In this document: positions 31,233 through 40,848 of the stretch, one piece after another
How the letters are laid out: the number at the start of each line of letters is the position of its first letter
Position numbering within the stretch: the first letter of the stretch is position 1
Origin: Rhodospirillaceae bacterium
Lineage (GTDB): Bacteria; Pseudomonadota; Alphaproteobacteria; MPNO01; UBA2964
NCBI GenBank assembly: GCA_002709075.1
Contig: PAPV01000014.1
Coordinates: 479-64,478 of the forward strand
Direction: 5' to 3'
Length of the DNA: 64,000 nucleotides
Position numbers and translations under genes: made by a program
The notes under the pieces: model-generated
The model's database searches: none
The model's input: the letters and a program-made list of their open reading frames with translations, nothing else
What the model was told of the DNA's origin: nothing

Positions 31233-31448
31233 CATAATATGTTAAATGAAAAAATCTAAGCTTTAAACTCAAAATTAAGAATTAAAAGCTCTTAATTATA
31301 GTTAATGGTTGTTTTAAGCACTTATATGGATGAAATTTCAAGTTGTGATTTGTTATTTTCCAAGGTCAGCGTTAGTATGACATAGAAATGGGCTAAGGGT
31401 TAATGACTTAGGTCAAGTGGAGCAGTTTTTATTTGAGGAGACTAAATA

Positions 31449-32942
31449 ATGGTAGATAAAGCTGAAGCGACAGAGGCTATAGCAGGGTCAAATATTGGTG
31501 CTCAGATGTCCTATGAAGATATGCGCGGCTGGCTCATTGAGGCCGAACGACTCGGGGAATTAAGGGTTGCAGAAGGACTTAACTGGGAAACTGATATTGG
31601 AGAGGTTGCAGAAGTTGTGCTTCATAATGAGAACGCACCCGCTATTCTCTTTGATAATGTGCAGGGATGTCCGCCTGGTTTTCGCTTATTAATAAACTTT
31701 TTTGCTGGAAAAAGACGTAACATGACGATGGGCTTCCCAACTGATTGGGATAAACTTGAGCTTACAGATGGTATTCAGAAACACATGAAATCAGTGGAAC
31801 CCATACCTCACAAAATTGTCAAATCCGGACCGGTTTGTGAAAATATTCTTGAGGGTGACAAAATTGATGTTGAGAAGTTTCCAACACCAATGTGGCACGA
31901 GCAAGATGGTGGTCGCTATATTGGGACTGGTTCATACAATATAACACGTGACCCAGAGACAGGTTGGATAAATATCGGGACTTACCGGGTAATGATACAA
32001 AGCAAAAATGAGGTAGGGTTTTATATTTCTCCTGGTAAACATGGTCGCATTCATAGGGATAAATATGAGGCCAATGGTGAAGCAATGCCAGCTTGTATTG
32101 TATTAGGTGGTGACTTGATGGCGTTTCTGATGGGATGCACAGAAATGCCGCCTAATGACAACGAATTAGATATTTTGGGAGGGTATCGTGGGCATGCCAT
32201 TGAATGTATTGAGGGTAAACATACTGGGTTACCCTTTCCAGCAAACGCGGAGGTGGTATTGGAAGGATTCATTCACCCAGAAACGCGTAAATTAGAGGGT
32301 CCATTTGGTGAGTGGACAGGATATTACGGATCGGATGTTCGTCCGGAGCCTGTGATGGAGATCAAGGCTATTTATCATCGAAATGACCCTGTAATTTTGG
32401 GTTGCCCCCCTCTCCGTCCCCCTGATGAATTGGCCAGATATCGTGCGGTGACGCGGTCAGCAGCACTCAAAGAAAATATCCAAAAAGCGGGCATACCTGA
32501 CGTAACTGGTGTTTGGGCTCACGAGTGTGGAACAGCAAGAATGTTGTTAGGTATTTCTATTAAGCAGCGATATCCCGGCCATGCTATGCAGACTGGTCAT
32601 GTTGCGGCGATGTGTCATCTTGGGGCTTACGCAGGCAAGTACGTTGTAGTAGTTGATGAAGATATTGATGTTTCCAACCTGGAGGAGTTAATGTGGGCGA
32701 TGATAACACGCTCAGATCCCGCTAGCTCAATTGATATAATTCATAACTGTTGGTCTACCCCTCTTGATCCTAGAATTCCACCGGAAGAAAAAGAAAAGGG
32801 TAATCTGACTAACAGTCGCGCTATTATTGATGCGTGTAGGCCTTTTCATTGGAAAGATAAGTTTCCGGCAGTCAATGCTCCACCGCCGGATGTTGTAAGA
32901 GAGTTACAACAGAAATGGGCACATTTGGCTGAGAAGCCCTAA
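31449..32942 (+). CDS. UbiD-family decarboxylase (UbiD-2)
   Basis: 497 aa; GGRYIGTG, NIGTYRVMI, AEVVLEGFI, EGPFGEWTGYYG, VVVDEDIDVSN canonical UbiD motifs. Confidence 0.85.
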   Translation: MVDKAEATEAIAGSNIGAQMSYEDMRGWLIEAERLGELRVAEGLNWETDIGEVAEVVLHNENAPAILFDNVQGCPPGFRLLINFFAGKRRNMTMGFPTDWDKLELTDGIQKHMKSVEPIPHKIVKSGPVCENILEGDKIDVEKFPTPMWHEQDGGRYIGTGSYNITRDPETGWINIGTYRVMIQSKNEVGFYISPGKHGRIHRDKYEANGEAMPACIVLGGDLMAFLMGCTEMPPNDNELDILGGYRGHAIECIEGKHTGLPFPANAEVVLEGFIHPETRKLEGPFGEWTGYYGSDVRPEPVMEIKAIYHRNDPVILGCPPLRPPDELARYRAVTRSAALKENIQKAGIPDVTGVWAHECGTARMLLGISIKQRYPGHAMQTGHVAAMCHLGAYAGKYVVVVDEDIDVSNLEELMWAMITRSDPASSIDIIHNCWSTPLDPRIPPEEKEKGNLTNSRAIIDACRPFHWKDKFPAVNAPPPDVVRELQQKWAHLAEKP

Positions 32943-33016
32943 GTGTTGGAACTAATACGGCCGACAATTTTTTTGTTGATGGCTGTCTAGTTTATACAGG
33001 TTGGTATTTGTAATTA

Positions 33017-34504
33017 ATGAGTGCATTAGAAAAGAAAAATCCTGCTAAAAAAGGCACAAATACTAGGTGCTCATTGGAATATTTTGACTTACGGGATTGG
33101 CTCTCAATTGTTGAAAATTCTGGTGATCTAAGGATTGTCAAAGGTGCAAATTGGAAGACTGATATTGGTCAAGTGGTAGAGGTAATGTGCCATGACGAGG
33201 GGACTCCTTCGGTAATTTTTGACGACGTTGAAGGGTGCTTTGAGGGCTTTCGTTTGTTGGTGAATTGGTTTACCGGAACACGAAAAAATTTAACGCTTGG
33301 ATTTCCAGACCATTTAAATAAACTAGAACTAAGCCAAGCTTATAATCAGCACACCCGTACGATAGAACCTATTCCGCATAGAATTGTAGATTCTGGTCCC
33401 ATTTTGGAAAATGTTCTTGAGGAAGAGGCTATTGATGTAACAAAGTTTCCAGCCCCCATTTGGAATCCTGATGATGGTGGGCGATACATAGGCACGGGTT
33501 GTTACAACATTACGCAGGATCCAGATACTGGGTGGATCAATTGCGGCACTTATCGTGTAATGATTCATGATTCCAAGCGTGTAGGCCTTTATATCTCTCC
33601 AGGAAAACATGGGCGTATCCATCGTGATAAATATCTGGCAAAGGGTAAATCAATGCCAGTGTGCATTGTGGTAGGTTCTGATCCTCTATCATTCCTTACT
33701 TCATCCACTGAAGTACCAGAGGGTACAAGTGAACTAGATATGATGGGAGCTTATAGAGGTAAAGCTATAGAGTGTGTGATAGGTAAACACACTGGGCTTC
33801 CGTTTCCTGCAAGCTCCGAAGTTGTAATTGAAGGGTTTATTCATCCTGGAAATACGAAGCGCGAGGGTCCGTTTGGTGAATGGTTAGGATATCAAGGAGC
33901 TGCAATGCCGTCGGAACCGTGGGTGGATATATCAGCAGTTTATCATCGCGACAACCCAATTATCCTTGGTGCAGCTCATATCAGAATGCCGTACGAGTAT
34001 GCAAGATATCGCGCTATAAGTCGTTCAGCTGTCTTGAAGGAGAACATTGCAAAAGCAGGTGTGCCTGATGTCACCGAAGTTTGGGCTCATGAAGTGGGTG
34101 GCTCGCGGCTATTTTTAGCGGTAGCGATTAATCAGCGCTATCCCGGTCATTCAACTCAGGCAGGTCAAATTGCGGCGACTTGCCACGCAGGGGCGTATTT
34201 GGGTCGGTTAGTTGTGGTTGTTGATGAAGATGTTGATGTCTCTAATTTAGAGGAGGTTATTTGGGCGGTTTGCACTCGATGTGATCCCGCAACAAATATT
34301 GATGTAATAAAAAATATGTGGTCCTCTGCGCTTGACCCGATAATTTCACCAGACGATCGTGCTTCTGGGAAATTGTATAACAGTAGGGCGGTAATTGATG
34401 CTTGTCGGCCATTTCATTGGAAAAAAGATTTTCAAAAAGTTAATGCACTTGGTTCTAAGGCGAGGAAAGAAGCTTGGTCGCGTTGGGGGCATCTAAGAGA
34501 TTAA
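33017..34504 (+). CDS. UbiD-family decarboxylase (UbiD-3), tandem paralog of UbiD-2
   Basis: 495 aa; colinear with UbiD-2 over the full length with many identical blocks (GGRYIGTG, GTYRVMI, ISPGKHGRIHRDKY, EGPFGEW, VVVVDEDVDVSNLEE, IDACRPFHWK). Confidence 0.85.
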   Translation: MSALEKKNPAKKGTNTRCSLEYFDLRDWLSIVENSGDLRIVKGANWKTDIGQVVEVMCHDEGTPSVIFDDVEGCFEGFRLLVNWFTGTRKNLTLGFPDHLNKLELSQAYNQHTRTIEPIPHRIVDSGPILENVLEEEAIDVTKFPAPIWNPDDGGRYIGTGCYNITQDPDTGWINCGTYRVMIHDSKRVGLYISPGKHGRIHRDKYLAKGKSMPVCIVVGSDPLSFLTSSTEVPEGTSELDMMGAYRGKAIECVIGKHTGLPFPASSEVVIEGFIHPGNTKREGPFGEWLGYQGAAMPSEPWVDISAVYHRDNPIILGAAHIRMPYEYARYRAISRSAVLKENIAKAGVPDVTEVWAHEVGGSRLFLAVAINQRYPGHSTQAGQIAATCHAGAYLGRLVVVVDEDVDVSNLEEVIWAVCTRCDPATNIDVIKNMWSSALDPIISPDDRASGKLYNSRAVIDACRPFHWKKDFQKVNALGSKARKEAWSRWGHLRD

Positions 34505-34649
34505 ACATCTGCATGTTTAATATGTTTGTATTACTGGTTGAGTGCAGGAATGAATAATGGTTCTTGTTCTTAATCGTATTGAAATCCACAAAAAGCCCTA
34601 GCAGTTATGCGCTTGCCTTAGAGTTTTTTGGTAGAGAAAAACCCTCTTT

Positions 34650-35591
34650 CTATAATTCGTTTAGTGTAAGAGTGGTTGGCTCGATAATATCTTCTATTTG
34701 AAATTGCTTTTTGGTTATGTGTTGGAGTTGCGCTTGCCGACATAGAGTTTCTAGTGCTTGACGGTTTCTTTCAACGCCATAGGGAAAGGGGTCACCGTTT
34801 ATCCCATCGCGCAAACTGGCGGTAAGTTTATCTTCTTTTGAAGCTTCTATGTTCTCACCAAGGTTTTCGATATAATCTTTTTTTGAAAGTGAGAGCGCTT
34901 GAAAGAGTTGTCTTGGTAATTCGGGATATTTTGAAATTGTATCCAAATGCATAACAACGATGTGGTTGATAGGGTATAGTCCCGTCTTTTTAAATGACTC
35001 AAAACCCATTTTTTCAGGGTTTGCGATAAGCGGTTTTACATAATCAGGTGGGTTTACGAGTGAACCAACAGCACCAACTATTTCTTCATTTTCAAACATT
35101 GAATTCAGGTCACGACCACGGTAGCTAGGGTCAACATTCTTTGGAAGTTCAAATTCAGCGACGTGTTCGTCATCAGTGACGGCCCAATTAATGGTGTCAA
35201 GTTCTACATCATATTCTTCGGATAGAATTGACCGAGCCCAGACCCCGGTAGTAACAGTATAACCACGCACGACACCTATCGTTTTTCCTTCAAAATCTTT
35301 TGGATTGGTAATGCCAGTACGCGTATCGACATGTATTGCTTGATGATGAAAATTACGTGTTATGGGAGTTGGTAGTGCAATAATGGGTTTTCCGTATGCT
35401 TTAGCGGCGATGTAGGTTGTTGTTGGCATTTCACAAATATCAAATACCCCCTCACGTACCATTTGCCGTGCGGCGACCAAAATATTGTTAAAATGCGGAA
35501 ATTCGATCATACAGTTATTTGCTAATTCCGTGCCGCGCTTCATCTGGCGAAGTAAACCGTAATTACGAACTGGAAATGTAAGTTTTGGCAT
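34650..35591 (-). CDS. 4,5-dihydroxyphthalate decarboxylase-like / PBP-fold protein, second paralog
   Basis: 313 aa, no signal peptide; same architecture as 22826..23821 (GKTIG, INW, YPINH). Confidence 0.5.
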   Translation of the reverse strand: MPKLTFPVRNYGLLRQMKRGTELANNCMIEFPHFNNILVAARQMVREGVFDICEMPTTTYIAAKAYGKPIIALPTPITRNFHHQAIHVDTRTGITNPKDFEGKTIGVVRGYTVTTGVWARSILSEEYDVELDTINWAVTDDEHVAEFELPKNVDPSYRGRDLNSMFENEEIVGAVGSLVNPPDYVKPLIANPEKMGFESFKKTGLYPINHIVVMHLDTISKYPELPRQLFQALSLSKKDYIENLGENIEASKEDKLTASLRDGINGDPFPYGVERNRQALETLCRQAQLQHITKKQFQIEDIIEPTTLTLNEL

Positions 35592-35799
35592 AAGCTATCT
35601 CGTTAGTAATATGATTATTAATTTTATTTCAAAATTCCTTGAAAAAGCACATCTTAGAATTTTTCTATTCTGCATGTTAAATTCAATTGTAAAAATGTCA
35701 GGGATTATTGCATATCATAGCTCTTCATAATCAAGAATACGGTCTGTATAATTGCACCTTATCATCTCTGGATGGAAAATAAATAATTACAAAAAGTTT

Positions 35800-36228
35800 T
35801 TAATTAGAATTTTCATTTCGACTCATTTGACGTAACATTTCAAGGCGGTCGCCCAAAACCCAACAATGGCTGATTAACCCGTCTGCAAAAATAAAAATTC
35901 CAGTTCCCACGTAGTTTATTTGCTTTCCAGTTGAAGGAATACCAAATAGTTCACCTTCGTGGGTTCCAGAGTATGAAAGACATGCCGCTAGTTTACTATT
36001 TTCGGAAATCATCTCTTCAAGTGTTATAGTAAAATCGGGAAAAGCATGAAACACTATTTCGGCATAGCGCTTAACACCTGTATGTCCATTCATATCTGCT
36101 CCTAGTGAGCCTCTGAAGATAACATCCTCCTTCATTAAATCGTGGATTGCTTCAAAATTACGCTTATTCCAAAATTCTTCGTAAAATCGCCTTACTATGG
36201 CCTTTTGACCCTTTATTAATTGGTCCAT
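35800..36228 (-). CDS. SnoaL-like ester cyclase family protein
   Basis: 142 aa; FYEEFWNKRNFEAI, FPDFTITLEEMI, YSGTHEGELFGIPSTGK pattern of ester cyclase/SnoaL fold. Confidence 0.7.
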   Translation of the reverse strand: MDQLIKGQKAIVRRFYEEFWNKRNFEAIHDLMKEDVIFRGSLGADMNGHTGVKRYAEIVFHAFPDFTITLEEMISENSKLAACLSYSGTHEGELFGIPSTGKQINYVGTGIFIFADGLISHCWVLGDRLEMLRQMSRNENSN

Positions 36229-36343
36229 TTTTTAATTGCTTCCTTCCTTTGTTGTTTAAACCATTACATCGAGTAACATAGAATAAAGCCCTACTAAAAA
36301 GGGAATAAAGCCTACCACAAAGGCATATATTGGAGATTATATA

Positions 36344-37560
36344 ATGGACAGCGGATTTGAAAAAACACAAGACCTACCTAATCAGCAAATAACCACAGAT
36401 ACAGATACTCGAGATATTTTGAGACGGGAGGCAAAGTATCAAAAAATAAATGGTCTCTTTAAATGGCCGATCGTTGACATTGATGGCCACCATTCTGAAA
36501 TGACTTCATGGAAGGAAGTAATTGAATATATTGATGATCCGATCTTGCTACATCAAGCGCAAGAGTTTCAGTCGCGCACAGGCGGCGCGCCTGGATTATC
36601 CAATCATACTCCAGGTTTACGTTATCAAGATGTAGGCGGTCGAATTCCCCATCAACAACAACTTGGGGAAAGAATTAGAGACAAAACTGTTCATCGTGAT
36701 GTGACGCTTGTGCGGCGCAGCATGGATGCTCTGGGGCTAGATTATCAGGTTTTATTTCCGGGAAATTTATTGCAATTGGGTACGCACCCACAACCAAGGG
36801 TTGAAGCACAGCTTGCACTCGCCTATAACCGGTGGCTTTGCGATAACATACTTCCATTTGATAATAGAATAAAAACTCTGCTCTATCTTCCTCTGGGGGA
36901 ACCAGAAATGTGTCATCAAATTATTGATGAATTTTCTAATAGGGATGGGGTGGTAGGATTTATGGTTACCTCTGTGCGTTTCAAGCCAGTCCATCACAAC
37001 TCGTATATACCAATCTATCGGAAGTTAGAGGAACGAAAATTACCTTTAGCATTCCATGCAGGACTGAATTGGACAGATGAATGGACCAGGCAGACCGATT
37101 TATTCATTTCCATGCATGCCATTTCATTTGTTTTGTGTAACATCGTTCATATGACCAACTGGATTATCCACGGATTGCCGGAGCGTTTTCCAAATTTGAA
37201 AACTATATGGATTGAATCTGGGCTTGCTTGGCTTCCTTTCATGATGCAGCGTTTAGACTCAGAATATCAGATGAGACCTTCTGAAGCACCACTTCTCAAG
37301 AAACTTCCGTCGGACTATATACTCGATATGTATTTTTCGTCTCAACCTATTGAGACTTCAAATATTAAGCTTGCGGAGGCTACCTTTAATGCCATTAACG
37401 CTAGCACTCAATTAATGTATTGTCTGACTAGCCCCATTGGGATTTTAATCCGCCAAGCACCATTTATGAGCTTAAGTTTTTGAAAGAAATAGAGAAGCGG
37501 AATATACTAGGCGAAAATGCTTTGAGATTATTTAATCTTAAACGACCAATGGGAAAATAA
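36344..37560 (+). pseudogene. amidohydrolase-2 (ACMSD/LigW-type decarboxylase/hydrolase) family gene with disrupted 3' end
   Basis: Track ORF ends 37483 with an unrelated tail, but another frame (37432..37560) encodes the canonical family C-terminus PHWDF...ILGENALRLFNL; joining needs a 1-nt frameshift near 37405-37422 and read-through of TAG 37429-37431. Confidence 0.6.
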
Positions 37561-37584
37561 CCCGTGTGATGGAGACAAAAGATA

Positions 37585-37950
37585 ATGAATAAAATATTTG
37601 TTGGAGTGGAGAGTGATTTTGAAGATCGCGGGCGAAGGGTGATCGAATATAACGACCTTGAAATTGGTATATTTTTTGTGGGCGGTGATTTTTATGCCTA
37701 TGAAAATAACTGTGTCCATCAAGGCGGCCCTATTTGTCAAGGAAGAATACTTAATAGAGTGGTTGAGTTGTTGGCAGATGATAAAACAAGCCAGGGGCTA
37801 GCTTGGGATGAACACGATGTACATATCATTTGCCCGTGGCATGGGTATGAGTTCAATATAAGAACTGGAGTTCATCCTGGAAATAAGCACGCACGATTGC
37901 GCAGTTTCGATGTTAGTGTCGAGAAAGGTGAAGTTTATGTCCACATCTGA
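37585..37950 (+). CDS. small Rieske [2Fe-2S] domain protein (NirD-like)
   Basis: 121 aa; CVHQGGP and CPWHGYEF Rieske ligand boxes. Confidence 0.8.
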   Translation: MNKIFVGVESDFEDRGRRVIEYNDLEIGIFFVGGDFYAYENNCVHQGGPICQGRILNRVVELLADDKTSQGLAWDEHDVHIICPWHGYEFNIRTGVHPGNKHARLRSFDVSVEKGEVYVHI

Positions 37951-38233
37951 TACTGATATAGCGATTCAACACGCATTTGAGTTATCTATGAGAGCTTTAA
38001 AAAGAGACGGGGACCTCGACATATCAGATAAATCAGTTCAAATGCTGCTCACTATCGGTGCAAAAGCATTTTCTCGAAAATTTACCGATGAGGACAGGTT
38101 CTTTTCTCCGTTTGTTGAAGAGGAAATTGTTACCGCTACCGAGGCAATAGTTTCAATTTCTGAGTTTATGCACGCGGCAGATTTGAACACATTTGATTTA
38201 GGAATGTGGATGTCTCGTCCACGACCAAAATAA
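37937..38233 (+). CDS. hypothetical small acidic protein (98 aa)
   Basis: ATG 37937 preceded by AAAGGTG, overlaps Rieske gene by 14 nt; no family recognised. Confidence 0.4.
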   Translation: MSTSDTDIAIQHAFELSMRALKRDGDLDISDKSVQMLLTIGAKAFSRKFTDEDRFFSPFVEEEIVTATEAIVSISEFMHAADLNTFDLGMWMSRPRPK

Positions 38234-38332
38234 AAAATATAAGAAATTTAAATAAATTTGCTTCATGGGTTAGATTATACGTTTTTTTTTCGTATTATAT
38301 TATGAAACTTACAAACTGGAGAAGAAAAAGAC

Positions 38333-39553
38333 ATGGATGATGTACGTGTCGACGTCGACGGTCCTCGTGTTAAGAAATGGGCGAGCTTTAATTGGGAAGA
38401 CCCATTTCTGCTAGAAAATCAACTTTCTGAGGAAGAAAAACTGGTTCGTGATTCTGCTAGGGCATACGCAGATGAAAAGCTAATGCCTGGCATACAAAAA
38501 GCCAACCGGAATGAAACCTTCGATCCTAACATAATTAGAGAAATGGGAGCCTTAGGTTTTTTAGGTTCCACCTTGCCAGAAGAATATGGTTGTGCGGGAG
38601 CATCCTATGTAATTTATGGGTTAATTGCGCGAGAAGTTGAAAGGGTAGATAGTGCCTATCGGTCAACTTTGTCGGTGCAATCCAGTTTGGTCATGTGGCC
38701 AATTTATTCTTACGGCACCGAAATGCATAGAAAGAAATATCTTCCAAAGTTAGCTACTGGAGAGCTGATAGGCTGTTTTGGTTTGACCGAGCCGGATCAT
38801 GGATCAGATCCTAGCAGTATGATCACACGAGCGAAAAGTGTTGATGGAGGATTTTTAGTCAGTGGGTCTAAGATGTGGATAAGTAACGCACCAATTGCAG
38901 ATGTTTTTATTATCTGGGCTAAGGACGACGAGGGTGCTATCGGCGGATTTATTCTCGAAAAAGGTATGAAGGGCCTATCAGTGAATAAGGTTGAAGGAAA
39001 ATTTTCTTTACGGGCCTCGCTGACTGGCGAGGTGGTGATGGATGAGGTCTTCGTACCTGATGAAAATCGATTGCCGGGAGCTAATGGTTTAGGAGGCCCT
39101 TTTGGCTGCCTTAATAATGCGCGCTTTGGTATTGCATGGGGCGTGATGGGTGCTGCAGAGTTTTGCTGGCACTCAGCTCGAAATTACACCATGGAGCGCT
39201 CCCAGTTTGGTAGACCATTGGCCTCAAACCAGTTGGTTCAAAAAAAACTGGCTGACATCCAAACTGATATTACAATTGGTTTGCAATCATGTCTTCGCCT
39301 TGGTCGTATGATGGATGATGGAACTTGTTCTCCGGAGACGATTTCTTTGATGAAGCGCCACACTACTGGTAAAGCCCTTGAAATTGCGCGTGTTGCTCGA
39401 GACATGCACGGTGGCAACGGTATAGTTGATGAATACCATATTATTCGTCACGTAATGAATCTTGAGACAGTAATCACCTACGAAGGTACACACGATATAC
39501 ATGCTCTTATACTTGGTAGAGCTCAGACCGGCCTTCAGGCATTTTCTGGATAG
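38333..39553 (+). CDS. gcdH: glutaryl-CoA dehydrogenase
   Basis: 406 aa; [32 protein letters not shown] acyl-CoA dehydrogenase motifs with GCDH-type N-terminus. Confidence 0.8.
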   Translation: MDDVRVDVDGPRVKKWASFNWEDPFLLENQLSEEEKLVRDSARAYADEKLMPGIQKANRNETFDPNIIREMGALGFLGSTLPEEYGCAGASYVIYGLIAREVERVDSAYRSTLSVQSSLVMWPIYSYGTEMHRKKYLPKLATGELIGCFGLTEPDHGSDPSSMITRAKSVDGGFLVSGSKMWISNAPIADVFIIWAKDDEGAIGGFILEKGMKGLSVNKVEGKFSLRASLTGEVVMDEVFVPDENRLPGANGLGGPFGCLNNARFGIAWGVMGAAEFCWHSARNYTMERSQFGRPLASNQLVQKKLADIQTDITIGLQSCLRLGRMMDDGTCSPETISLMKRHTTGKALEIARVARDMHGGNGIVDEYHIIRHVMNLETVITYEGTHDIHALILGRAQTGLQAFSG

Positions 39554-39568
39554 TTAAGAAAATATTTT

Positions 39569-40792
39569 ATGTTTAGGCCGCTTTCGCATATTCGTGTTTT
39601 AGATATGAGTAGGATTCTTGCTGGACCATGGGCTGCGCAGACACTCGCTGATTTGGGGGCTGAAGTGATAAAAATTGAAAGGCCCGGTCCTGGGGATGAT
39701 ACTCGAAGCTGGGGACCACCGTTCGTAGCGAACAACACTGGTTCATCAAAAGAGTCTGCTTATTTCATGTCTGCTAATCGTGGAAAAAAATCTGTAGCGC
39801 TTGATATTTCGAAGCCACAAGGGCAAAAGATTTTGAAAAGTCTGGTTTCGAAAGCAGATATTCTAATTGAAAATTACAAGGTTGGTGGTCTCTCACGTTA
39901 TGGTTTAGGGTACGAGGACCTCAAAAAAGTGAATCCTGGTTTAATCTACTGTTCAATAACTGGATTTGGTCAGTCCGGTCCTCTTTCCAACCGGGCAGGC
40001 TATGATTTTTTAGTGCAAGCAATGGGTGGGTTAATGAGCGTGACTGGCGAAGCCGATGGGAAGGCCGGCGCCGGACCGCAAAAGATTGGTGTAGCTTTAA
40101 CGGATATTTTGACAGGGCTTTACACAGGAATTGCGGCCTTGTCCGCATTGTCAAATAGAGAAAAATCCAGCGAAGGTTGCCACATTGATATGGCACTTCT
40201 TGATGTCACCGCTGCTTGTATGGCTAATCAAGCAATGAATTTTTTAGTGACTGGAAAATCCCCAGTTCGTATGGGAAATGCACATCCAAATATTGTGCCA
40301 TATGAAGCATTTGCAACTGCTGACCAATATGTAATTATTGCGGTTGGAAATGACGCTCAGTTCAAACGATTTGCTTCTGTGGTTGACATGACGGAATTAT
40401 CTGAAGATCCAAAATTTAAAACAAATTCCGCGCGAGTTGAAAATAGGGATGAATTAATTCCGCTTATTCAAAAATCCTTAAAAAAACGCACTGCAGAAGA
40501 ATGGATTAACGCGTTTGAAGAGGTTGGAGTTCCTTGTGGTCCGATAAATAATATGGAACAGGTATTTGTCAACGAGCAGATGCAACATCGCGGTGTAAAG
40601 ATCGATATGGAGCATAAAACCCTAGGAAAGATACCGCAGGTGGCAAGCCCTATAAAGTTCGCGGGTAAGAACCTTGCTTATGAACGCGCCCCTCCCGCAC
40701 TTGGTCAGGACACGAAGGAGGTTCTTTTCGAAATCGCAGATATTTCCGATGCAGAGATGGCCGATCTTTTTGATAAAAAAATTATTGCCTGA
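39569..40792 (+). CDS. family III (CaiB/BaiF) CoA-transferase
   Basis: IRVLDMSRILAGPWAAQTLADLGAEVIKIE, GDDTRSWGPP, catalytic Asp region GYDFLVQAMGG. Confidence 0.85.
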   Translation: MFRPLSHIRVLDMSRILAGPWAAQTLADLGAEVIKIERPGPGDDTRSWGPPFVANNTGSSKESAYFMSANRGKKSVALDISKPQGQKILKSLVSKADILIENYKVGGLSRYGLGYEDLKKVNPGLIYCSITGFGQSGPLSNRAGYDFLVQAMGGLMSVTGEADGKAGAGPQKIGVALTDILTGLYTGIAALSALSNREKSSEGCHIDMALLDVTAACMANQAMNFLVTGKSPVRMGNAHPNIVPYEAFATADQYVIIAVGNDAQFKRFASVVDMTELSEDPKFKTNSARVENRDELIPLIQKSLKKRTAEEWINAFEEVGVPCGPINNMEQVFVNEQMQHRGVKIDMEHKTLGKIPQVASPIKFAGKNLAYERAPPALGQDTKEVLFEIADISDAEMADLFDKKIIA

Positions 40793-40848
40793 CTAAACCG
40801 CTACAAAAGATTTACATCACCGAAATTAGTCTAACTTTAAATGATAGT

